DNA of 64,000 bases from Utricularia gibba (lineage: Eukaryota; Plantae; Magnoliophyta). Location of the stretch: contig NEEC01000032.1 of assembly GCA_002189035.1 (NCBI GenBank), forward strand, positions 27,364-91,363, written 5' to 3'. A program made the translations under genes and the position numbers. Positions 26,701 through 39,165 of the stretch are shown piece after piece. Each line of letters starts with the position of its first letter. Within the stretch, counting starts at the first letter, position 1. The notes below the pieces were generated by a model that ran no database searches, was not told the origin of the DNA, and saw only the letters and a program-made list of their open reading frames with translations.

Positions 26701-29700
26701 CCCAACAGTGTGCTATGAAGAGCAAGGATCTGCATGTTATGCAAGAGGTGCTTCGCGGACCAGGATGTGCGACGTAGTCATTTCATTGCGCATCATCATT
26801 CGGGGTGCATCCTAAAAATCACACGTGCACGGGATTCATTAAAAATAAATATTTACGCATATCCAGATTATAAACAGTGTTGGGATAAGTGATGCCACGA
26901 AATTCATGATGTAGCATGTGACTTTTTTCCAACTTGATCGCATAGTAGATGAATTCTGACACCATATGTTTTGGCTTTTGATTGATGCATTTAGTTGCTA
27001 TGATACTTCTGATTCTTGATGCACCATTCCCGTATACCATGTCTCTAGTGGCTATTTGATTCTTTTGCCTTGTATGTTGTTCGCATCAATTTCGAGAACA
27101 TGAAGCACATTATTAAATGCAGTCACCACGGAATGCCACGTGAGACACTTTTCGTTGTGGCTTGTTTTTAATATGTCCACAGTTATCGGACAAACGTAAC
27201 TCCAAATTATAATACTTGGAGCTCGAAAAGGGCTTCCCAACAGTGTGCTATGAAGAGCAAGGATCTGCATGTTATGCAAGAGGTGCTTCGCGGACCAGGA
27301 TGTGCGACGTAGTCATTTCATTGCGCATCATCATTCGGGGTGCATCCTAAAAATCACACGTGCACGGATTCATTAAAAATAAATATTTACGCATATCCAG
27401 AGTGTATAACAGTGTTGGGATAAGTGATGCCACGAAATTCATGATGTAGCATGTGACTTTTTTCCAACTTGATCGCATAGTAGATGAATTCTGACACCAT
27501 ATGTTTTGGCTTTTGATTGATGCATTTAGTTGCTATGATACTTCTGATTCTTGATGCACCATTCCCGTATACCATGTCTCTAGTGGCTATTTGATTCTTT
27601 TGCCTTGTATGTTGTTCGCATCAATTTCGAGAACATGAAGCACATTATTAAATGCAGTCACCACGGAATGCCACGTGAGACACTTTTCGTTGTGGCTTGT
27701 TTTTAATATGTCCACAGTTATCGGACAAACGTAACTCCAAATTATAATACTTGGAGCTCGAAAGGGCTTCCCAACAGTGTGCTATGAAGAGCAAGGATCT
27801 GCATGTTATGCAAGAGGTGCTTCGCGGACCAGGATGTGCGACGTAGTCATTTCATTGCGCATCATCATTCGGGGTGCATCCTAAAAATCACACGTGCACG
27901 GGATTCATTAAAAATAAATATTTACGCATATCCAGATTATAACAGTGTTGGGATAAGTGATGCCACGAAATTCATGATGTAGCATGTGACTTTTTTCCAA
28001 CTTGATCGCATAGTAGATGAATTCTGACACCATATGTTTTGGCTTTTGATTGATGCATTTAGTTGCTATGATACTTCTGATTCTTGATGCACCATTCCCG
28101 TATACCATGTCTCTAGTGGCTATTTGATTCTTTTGCCTTGTATGTTGTTCGCATCAATTTCGAGAACATGAAGCACATTATTAAATGCAGTCACCACGGA
28201 ATGCCACGTGAGACACTTTTCGTTGTGGCTTGTTTTTAATATGTCCACAGTTATCGGACAAACGTAACTCCAAATTATAATACTTGGAGCTCGAAAAGGG
28301 CTTCCCAACAGTGTGCTATGAAGAGCAAGGATCTGCATGTTATGCAAGAGGTGCTTCGCGGACCAGGATGTGCGACGTAGTCATTTCATTGCGCATCATC
28401 ATTCGGGGTGCATCCTAAAAATCACACGTGCACGGATTCATTAAAAATAAATATTTACGCATATCCAGATTATATAACAGTGTTGGGATAAGTGATGCCA
28501 CGAAATTCATGATGTAGCATGTGACTTTTTTCCAACTTGATCGCATAGTAGATGAATTCTGACACCATATGTTTTGGCTTTTGATTGATGCATTTAGTTG
28601 CTATGATACTTCTGATTCTTGATGCACCATTCCCCATGTCTCTACATGTCGCATCAATAGAACATGAAGCACATTATTTGCAGTTGCTTTTTCGTTGTGG
28701 CCCACAGTTGTAACTGGAGCTTGTGTGCTATGAAGAGCAAGGATCTGCATGTTATTGCTTCGCGGAGGAAGTCATGCGCATCATCATTCGCACCTAAAAA
28801 TCACACGTGCATTCATTAAAAATGCATATCCACCACCATGATGTAGCATGTGACTTGATCGCACTGACACCATATGATTGATGCACTATGATACTTCTGA
28901 TTCTTGATGGTATGTCTCTAGTGGCTATTTGAATGTTGTTCGCATCAATTTCGAGAACATGAAGCACACAGTCACCACGGAATGCCACGTGAGACACTTT
29001 TCGTTGTGGCTTGTTTTTAATATGTCCACAGTTATCGGACAAACGTAACTCCAAATTATAATACTTGGAGCTTTTGTGCTATGTCTGCATGTTATGCAAG
29101 AGGTGCTTCGCTGTGCGATAGTGCGCATGCATCACACGTGCATGCATATCCAGCAGCTTCATGATGTAGCATGTGACTTTGCGCATAGTAGATGTGACAG
29201 ATTGATGCATTTAGTTGCTATGATACTTCTGATTCTTGATGCACCATGTCTCTAGTGGCTATTTGATTCTTTTGCATGTTGTTCATCAATTTCGTTGCAG
29301 TCATGCCACGTGAGACAATCACACGTGCACGTATTCAAACATAAATAAATACGCATGCAGCTTCCATGTGGGGCTTCCCACGAATGTTCATGATGTACAT
29401 GTGATTGCCAAATTTGAATCGCATAGTTTTGATTCTGCATGTTATGCATGCTTCGCGGATATAGTCATTTCATTGCGCATCATCATTCGGGGTGCATCCT
29501 AAAAATCACACGTGCACGGATTCATTAAAAATAAATATTTACGCATATCCAGACAGTGTTGGGATAAGTGATGCCACGAAATTCATGATGTAGCATGTGA
29601 CTTTTTTCCAACTTGATCGCATAGTAGATGAATCTGACACCATATGTTTTGGCTTTTGATTGATGCATTTAGTTGCTATGATACTTCTGATTCTTGATGC

Positions 29701-32700
29701 ACCATTCCCGTATACCATGTCTCTAGTGGCTATTTGATTCTTTTGCCTTGTATGTTGTTCGCATCAATTTCGAGAACATGAAGCACATTATTAAATGCAG
29801 TCACCACGGAATGCCACGTGAGACACTTTTCGTTGTGGCTTGTTTTTAATATGTCCACAGTTATCGGACAAACGTAACTCCAAATTATAATACTTGGAGC
29901 TCGAAAAGGGCTTCCCAACAGTGTGCTATGAAGAGCAAGGATCTGCATGTTATGCAAGAGGTGCTTCGCGGACCAGGATGTGCGACGTAGTCATTTCATT
30001 GCGCATCATCATTCGGGGTGCATCCTAAAAATCACACGTGCACGGGATTCATTAAAAATAAATATTTACGCATATCCAGAGTGTATAACAGTGTTGGGAT
30101 AAGTGATGCCACGAAATTCATGATGTAGCATGTGACTTTTTTCCAACTTGATCGCATAGTAGATGAATTCTGACACCATATGTTTTGGCTTTTGATTGAT
30201 GCATTTAGTTGCTATGATACTTCTGATTCTTGATGCACCATTCCCGTATACCATGTCTCTAGTGGCTATTTGATTCTTTTGCCTTGTATGTTGTTCGCAT
30301 CAATTTCGAGAACATGAAGCACATTATTAAATGCAGTCACCACGGAATGCCACGTGAGACACTTTTCGTTGTGGCTTGTTTTTAATATGTCCACAGTTAT
30401 CGGACAAACGTAACTCCAAATTATAATACTTGGAGCTCGAAAAGGGCTTCCCAACAGTGTGCTATGAAGAGCAAGGATCTGCATGTTATGCAAGAGGTGC
30501 TTCGCGGACCAGGATGTGCGACGTAGTCATTTCATTGCGCATCATCATTCGGGGTGCATCCTAAAAATCACACGTGCACGGATTCATTAAAAATAAATAT
30601 TTACGCATATCCAGAGTGTATAACAGTGTTGGGATAAGTGATGCCACGAAATTCATGATGTAGCATGTGACTTTTTTCCAACTTGATCGCATAGTAGATG
30701 AATTCTGACACCATATGTTTTGGCTTTTGATTGATGCATTTAGTTGCTATGATACTTCTGATTCTTGATGCACCATTCCCGTATACCATGTCTCTAGTGG
30801 CTATTTGATTCTTTTGCCTTGTATGTTGTTCGCATCAATTTCGAGAACATGAAGCACATTATTAAATGCAGTCACCACGGAATGCCACGTGAGACACTTT
30901 TCGTTGTGGCTTGTTTTTAATATGTCCACAGTTATCGGACAAACGTAACTCCAAATTATAATACTTGGAGCTCGAAAAGGGCTTCCCAACAGTGTGCTAT
31001 GAAGAGCAAGGATCTGCATGTTATGCAAGAGGTGCTTCGCGGACCAGGATGTGCGACGTAGTCATTTCATTGCGCATCATCATTCGGGGTGCATCCTAAA
31101 AATCACACGTGCACGGATTCATTAAAAATAAATATTTACGCATATCCAGAGTGTATAACAGTGTTGGGATAAGTGATGCCACGAAATTCATGATGTAGCA
31201 TGTGACTTTTTTCCAACTTGATCGCATAGTAGATGAATTCTGACACCATATGTTTTGGCTTTTGATTGATGCATTTAGTTGCTATGATACTTCTGATTCT
31301 TGATGCACCATTCCCGTATACCATGTCTCTAGTGGCTATTTGATTCTTTTGCCTTGTATGTTGTTCGCATCAATTTCGAGAACATGAAGCACATTATTAA
31401 ATGCAGTCACCACGGAATGCCACGTGAGACACTTTTCGTTGTGGCTTGTTTTTAATATGTCCACAGTTATCGGACAAACGTAACTCCAAATTATAATACT
31501 TGGAGCTCGAAAAGGGCTTCCCAACAGTGTGCTATGAAGAGCAAGGATCTGCATGTTATGCAAGAGGTGCTTCGCGGACCAGGATGTGCGACGTAGTCAT
31601 TTCATTGCGCATCATCATTCGGGGTGCATCCTAAAAATCACACGTGCACGGATTCATTAAAAATAAATATTTACGCATATCCAGAGTGTATAACAGTGTT
31701 GGGATAAGTGATGCCACGAAATTCATGATGTAGCATGTGACTTTTTTCCAACTTGATCGCATAGTAGATGAATTCTGACACCATATGTTTTGGCTTTTGA
31801 TTGATGCATTTAGTTGCTATGATACTTCTGATTCTTGATGCACCATTCCCGTATACCATGTCTCTAGTGGCTATTTGATTCTTTTGCCTTGTATGTTGTT
31901 CGCATCAATTTCGAGAACATGAAGCACATTATTAAATGCAGTCACCACGGAATGCCACGTGAGACACTTTTCGTTGTGGCTTGTTTTTAATATGTCCACA
32001 GTTATCGGACAAACGTAACTCCAAATTATAATACTTGGAGCTCGAAAAGGGCTTCCCAACAGTGTGCTATGAAGAGCAAGGATCTGCATGTTATGCAAGA
32101 GGTGCTTCGCGGACCAGGATGTGCGACGTAGTCATTTCATTGCGCATCATCATTCGGGGTGCATCCTAAAAATCACACGTGCACGGATTCATTAAAAATA
32201 AATATTTACGCATATCCAGAGTGTATAACAGTGTTGGGATAAGTGATGCCACGAAATTCATGATGTAGCATGTGACTTTTTTCCAACTTGATCGCATAGT
32301 AGATGAATTCTGACACCATATGTTTTGGCTTTTGATTGATGCATTTAGTTGCTATGATACTTCTGATTCTTGATGCACCATTCCCGTATACCATGTCTCT
32401 AGTGGCTATTTGATTCTTTTGCCTTGTATGTTGTTCGCATCAATTTCGAGAACATGAAGCACATTATTAAATGCAGTCACCACGGAATGCCACGTGAGAC
32501 ACTTTTCGTTGTGGCTTGTTTTTAATATGTCCACAGTTATCGGACAAACGTAACTCCAAATTATAATACTTGGAGCTCGAAAAGGGCTTCCCAACAGTGT
32601 GCTATGAAGAGCAAGGATCTGCATGTTATGCAAGAGGTGCTTCGCGGACCAGGATGTGCGACGTAGTCATTTCATTGCGCATCATCATTCGGGGTGCATC

Positions 32701-35700
32701 CTAAAAATCACACGTGCACGGATTCATTAAAAATAAATATTTACGCATATCCAGATTATATAACAGTGTTGGGATAAGTGATGCCACGAAATTCATGATG
32801 TAGCATGTGACTTTTTTCCAACTTGATCGCATAGTAGATGAATCTGACACCATATGTTTTGGCTTTGATTGATGCATTTAGTTGCTATGATACTTCTGAT
32901 TCTTGATGCACCATTCCCGTATACCATGTCTCTAGTGGCTATTTGATTCTTTTGCTTGTATGTTGTTCGCATCAATTTCGAGAACATGAAGCACATTATT
33001 AAATGCAGTCACCACGGAATGCCACGTGAGACACTTTTCGTTGTGGCTTGTTTTTAATATGTCCACAGTTATCGGACAAACGTAACTCCAAATTATAATA
33101 CTTGGAGCTCGATTCCCAACAGTGTGCTATGAAGAGCAAGGATCTGCATGTTATGCCTTCGCGGACCAGGATGTGCGACGTAGTCATTTCATTGCGCATC
33201 ATCATTCGCATGTGCATGATATTCACACCATATGTTTTGGCATCATTACATTTAGTTGCTATGATACTTCTGATTCTTGATGCACCATTCCCGTATACCA
33301 TGGTGGAGATGTCTTTTGCCTTGTGTTGTTCGCATCTAGAATGTGAAGCAGTTTGGCACTGAATGCGTACCAGATTGTGCCTATGGATAATATGTCACTA
33401 GATTATCGCATCGTTCCAAATTATAATTATTGGAGCTCGAGTCTACCCACACTGCTGCCGTGAGAGTTGCATGTGCTTGAGTTGCTGATCGGCCAGTTAT
33501 CGACATAACGTATTAAATTATATCATTCGTTGCATTTCAAATAACACGTGCACGTGTGCTATGAAGAGCAAGGATCTGCATGTTATGCAAAACATATCAT
33601 TAGCATGCAGAGTGTATAACATTCCATGTGAAACTTGATCGCATCACACGATTCATTCTATGATGATATGCATGTGAATTTGATTCAATCGATCGCATCA
33701 TTGATTAATAACAGTGTAAGTTTTGTGCTATTCTGCATGTTATATGCATGTTAGTCATGCGCATATGATGTTGCATATCTTGATGTGATGCCACCATGAT
33801 GTAGCATGTGACTTTTTTCCAACTTGATCGCATAGTAGATGAATTCTGACACCATATGTTTTGGCTTTTGATTGATGCATTTAGTTGCTATGATACTTCT
33901 GATTCTTGATGCACCATTCCCGTATACCATGTCTCTAGTGGCTATTTGATTCTTTTGCCTTGTATGTTGTTCGCATCAATTTCGAGAACATGAAGCACAT
34001 TATTAAATGCAGTCACCACGGAATGCCACGTGAGACACTTTTCGTTGTGGCTTGTTTTTAATATGTCCACAGTTATCGGACAAACGTAACTCCAAATTAT
34101 AATACTTGGAGCTCGAAAAGGGCTTCCCAACAGTGTGCTATGAAGAGCAAGGATCTGCATGTTATGCAAGAGGTGCTTCGCGGACCAGGATGTGCGACGT
34201 AGTCATTTCATTGCGCATCATCATTCGGGGTGCATCCTAAAAATCACACGTGCACGGATTCATTAAAAATAAATATTTACGCATATCCAGAGTGTATAAC
34301 AGTGTTGGGATAAGTGATGCCACGAAATTCATGATGTAGCATGTGACTTTTTTCCAACTTGATCGCATAGTAGATGAATTCTGACACCATATGTTTTGGC
34401 TTTTGATTGATGCATTTAGTTGCTATGATACTTCTGATTCTTGATGCACCATTCCCGTATACCATGTCTCTAGTGGCTATTTGATTCTTTTGCCTTGTAT
34501 GTTGTTCGCATCAATTTCGAGAACATGAAGCACATTATTAAATGCAGTCACCACGGAATGCCACGTGAGACACTTTTCGTTGTGGCTTGTTTTTAATATG
34601 TCCACAGTTATCGGACAAACGTAACTCCAAATTATAATACTTGGAGCTCGAAAAGGGCTTCCCAACAGTGTGCTATGAAGAGCAAGGATCTGCATGTTAT
34701 GCAAGAGGTGCTTCGCGGACCAGGATGTGCGACGTAGTCATTTCATTGCGCATCATCATTCGGGGTGCATCCTAAAAATCACACGTGCACGGATTCATTA
34801 AAAATAAATATTTACGCATATCCAGATTATATAACAGTGTTGGGATAAGTGATGCCACGAAATTCATGATGTAGCATGTGACTTTTTTCCAACTTGATCG
34901 CATAGTAGATGAATACACCATATGACACTATGATACATTCTTGATGCACCATTCCCGTATACCATGTCTCTAGCTATTTGATATGTTATCAATTTCGAGA
35001 ACATGATGCCATGTGTAATAACAGTTATTGCTTTGTGATGTCACGAATGAGTGATGTGTTGGACCCTTCCATGTTGATTAGCTGACACCATATGAATGCA
35101 TTCTATGAGAATGCACCATTCCCGTATACCATGTCTCTAGTGGCTATTTGATTCTTTTGCCTTGTATGTTGTTCGCATCAATTTCGAGAACATGAAGCAC
35201 ATTATTAAATGCAGTCACCACGGAATGCCACGTGAGACACTTTTCGTTGTGGCTTGTTTTTAATATGTCCACAGTTATCGGACAAACGTAACTCCAAATT
35301 ATAATACTTGGAGCTCGAAAGGGCTTCCCAACAGTGTGCTATGAAGAGCAAGGATCTGCATGTTATGCAGAGGTGCTTCGCGGACCAGGATGTGCGACGT
35401 AGTCATTTCATTGCGCATCATCATTCGGGGTGCATCCTAAAAATCACACGTGCACGGATTCATTAAAAATAAATATTTACGCATATCCAGAGTTATAACA
35501 GTGTTGGGATAAGTGATGCCACGAAATTCATGATGTAGCATGTGACTTTTTTCCAACTTGATCGCATAGTAGATGAATCTGACACCATATGTTTTGGCTT
35601 TGATTGATGCATTTAGTTGCTATGATACTTCTGATTCTTGATGCACCATTCCCGTATACCATGTCTCTAGTGGCTATTTGATTCTTTTGCCTTGTATGTT

Positions 35701-38700
35701 GTTCGCATCAATTTCGAGAACATGAAGCACATTATTAAATGCAGTCACCACGGAATGCCACGTGAGACACTTTTCGTTGTGGCTTGTTTTTAATATGTCC
35801 ACAGTTATCGGACAAACGTAACTCCAAATTATAATACTTGGAGCTCGAAAAGGGCTTCCCAACAGTGTGCTATGAAGAGCAAGGATCTGCATGTTATGCA
35901 AGAGGTGCTTCGCGGACCAGGATGTGCGACGTAGTCATTTCATTGCGCATCATCATTCGGGGTGCATCCTAAAAATCACACGTGCACGGATTCATTAAAA
36001 ATAAATATTTACGCATATCCAGACAGTGTTGGGATAAGTGATGCCACGAAATTCATGATGTAGCATGTGACTTTTTTCCAACTTGATCGCATAGTAGATG
36101 AATTCTGACACCATATGTTTTGGCTTTTGATTGATGCATTTAGTTGCTATGATACTTCTGATTCTTGATGCACCATTCCCGTATACCATGTCTCTAGTGG
36201 CTATTTGATTCTTTTGCCTTGTATGTTGTTCGCATCAATTTCGAGAACATGAAGCACATTATTAAATGCAGTCACCACGGAATGCCACGTGAGACACTTT
36301 TCGTTGTGGCTTGTTTTTAATATGTCCACAGTTATCGGACAAACGTAACTCCAAATTATAATACTTGGAGCTCGAAAAGGGCTTCCCAACAGTGTGCTAT
36401 GAAGAGCAAGGATCTGCATGTTATGCAAGAGGTGCTTCGCGGACCAGGATGTGCGACGTAGTCATTTCATTGCGCATCATCATTCGGGGTGCATCCTAAA
36501 AATCACACGTGCACGGGATTCATTAAAAATAAATATTTACGCATATCCAGAGTGTATAACAGTGTTGGGATAAGTGATGCCACGAAATTCATGATGTAGC
36601 ATGTGACTTTTTTCCAACTTGATCGCATAGTAGATGAATTCTGACACCATATGTTTTGGCTTTTGATTGATGCATTTAGTTGCTATGATACTTCTGATTC
36701 TTGATGCACCATTCCCGTATACCATGTCTCTAGTGGCTATTTGATTCTTTTGCCTTGTATGTTGTTCGCATCAATTTCGAGAACATGAAGCACATTATTA
36801 AATGCAGTCACCACGGAATGCCACGTGAGACACTTTTCGTTGTGGCTTGTTTTTAATATGTCCACAGTTATCGGACAAACGTAACTCCAAATTATAATAC
36901 TTGGAGCTCGAAAAGGGCTTCCCAACAGTGTGCTATGAAGAGCAAGGATCTGCATGTTATGCAAGAGGTGCTTCGCGGACCAGGATGTGCGACGTAGTCA
37001 TTTCATTGCGCATCATCATTCGGGGTGCATCCTAAAAATCACACGTGCACGGATTCATTAAAAATAAATATTTACGCATATCCAGAGTGTATAACAGTGT
37101 TGGGATAAGTGATGCCACGAAATTCATGATGTAGCATGTGACTTTTTTCCAACTTGATCGCATAGTAGATGAATTCTGACACCATATGTTTTGGCTTTTG
37201 ATTGATGCATTTAGTTGCTATGATACTTCTGATTCTTGATGCACCATTCCCGTATACCATGTCTCTAGTGGCTATTTGATTCTTTTGCCTTGTATGTTGT
37301 TCGCATCAATTTCGAGAACATGAAGCACATTATTAAATGCAGTCACCACGGAATGCCACGTGAGACACTTTTCGTTGTGGCTTGTTTTTAATATGTCCAC
37401 AGTTATCGGACAAACGTAACTCCAAATTATAATACTTGGAGCTCGAAAAGGGCTTCCCAACAGTGTGCTATGAAGAGCAAGGATCTGCATGTTATGCAAG
37501 AGGTGCTTCGCGGACCAGGATGTGCGACGTAGTCATTTCATTGCGCATCATCATTCGGGGTGCATCCTAAAAATCACACGTGCACGGATTCATTAAAAAT
37601 AAATATTTACGCATATCCAGAGTGTATAACAGTGTTGGGATAAGTGATGCCACGAAATTCATGATGTAGCATGTGACTTTTTTCCAACTTGATCGCATAG
37701 TAGATGAATTCTGACACCATATGTTTTGGCTTTTGATTGATGCATTTAGTTGCTATGATACTTCTGATTCTTGATGCACCATTCCCGTATACCATGTCTC
37801 TAGTGGCTATTTGATTCTTTTGCCTTGTATGTTGTTCGCATCAATTTCGAGAACATGAAGCACATTATTAAATGCAGTCACCACGGAATGCCACGTGAGA
37901 CACTTTTCGTTGTGGCTTGTTTTTAATATGTCCACAGTTATCGGACAAACGTAACTCCAAATTATAATACTTGGAGCTCGAAAAGGGCTTCCCAACAGTG
38001 TGCTATGAAGAGCAAGGATCTGCATGTTATGCAAGAGGTGCTTCGCGGACCAGGATGTGCGACGTAGTCATTTCATTGCGCATCATCATTCGGGGTGCAT
38101 CCTAAAAATCACACGTGCACGGGATTCATTAAAAATAAATATTTACGCATATCCAGAGTGTATAACAGTGTTGGGATAAGTGATGCCACGAAATTCATGA
38201 TGTAGCATGTGACTTTTTTCCAACTTGATCGCATAGTAGATGAATTCTGACACCATATGTTTTGGCTTTTGATTGATGCATTTAGTTGCTATGATACTTC
38301 TGATTCTTGATGCACCATTCCCGTATACCATGTCTCTAGTGGCTATTTGATTCTTTTGCCTTGTATGTTGTTCGCATCAATTTCGAGAACATGAAGCACA
38401 TTATTAAATGCAGTCACCACGGAATGCCACGTGAGACACTTTTCGTTGTGGCTTGTTTTTAATATGTCCACAGTTATCGGACAAACGTAACTCCAAATTA
38501 TAATACTTGGAGCTCGAAAAGGGCTTCCCAACAGTGTGCTATGAAGAGCAAGGATCTGCATGTTATGCAAGAGGTGCTTCGCGGACCAGGATGTGCGACG
38601 TAGTCATTTCATTGCGCATCATCATTCGGGGTGCATCCTAAAAATCACACGTGCACGGATTCATTAAAAATAAATATTTACGCATATCCAGAGTGTATAA

Positions 38701-39165
38701 CAGTGTTGGGATAAGTGATGCCACGAAATTCATGATGTAGCATGTGACTTTTTTCCAACTTGATCGCATAGTAGATGAATTCTGACACCATATGTTTTGG
38801 CTTTTGATTGATGCATTTAGTTGCTATGATACTTCTGATTCTTGATGCACCATTCCCGTATACCATGTCTCTAGTGGCTATTTGATTCTTTTGCCTTGTA
38901 TGTTGTTCGCATCAATTTCGAGAACATGAAGCACATTATTAAATGCAGTCACCACGGAATGCCACGTGAGACACTTTTCGTTGTGGCTTGTTTTTAATAT
39001 GTCCACAGTTATCGGACAAACGTAACTCCAAATTATAATACTTGGAGCTCGAAAAGGGCTTCCCAACAGTGTGCTATGAAGAGCAAGGATCTGCATGTTA
39101 TGCAAGAGGTGCTTCGCGGACCAGGATGTGCGACGTAGTCATTTCATTGCGCATCATCATTCGGG

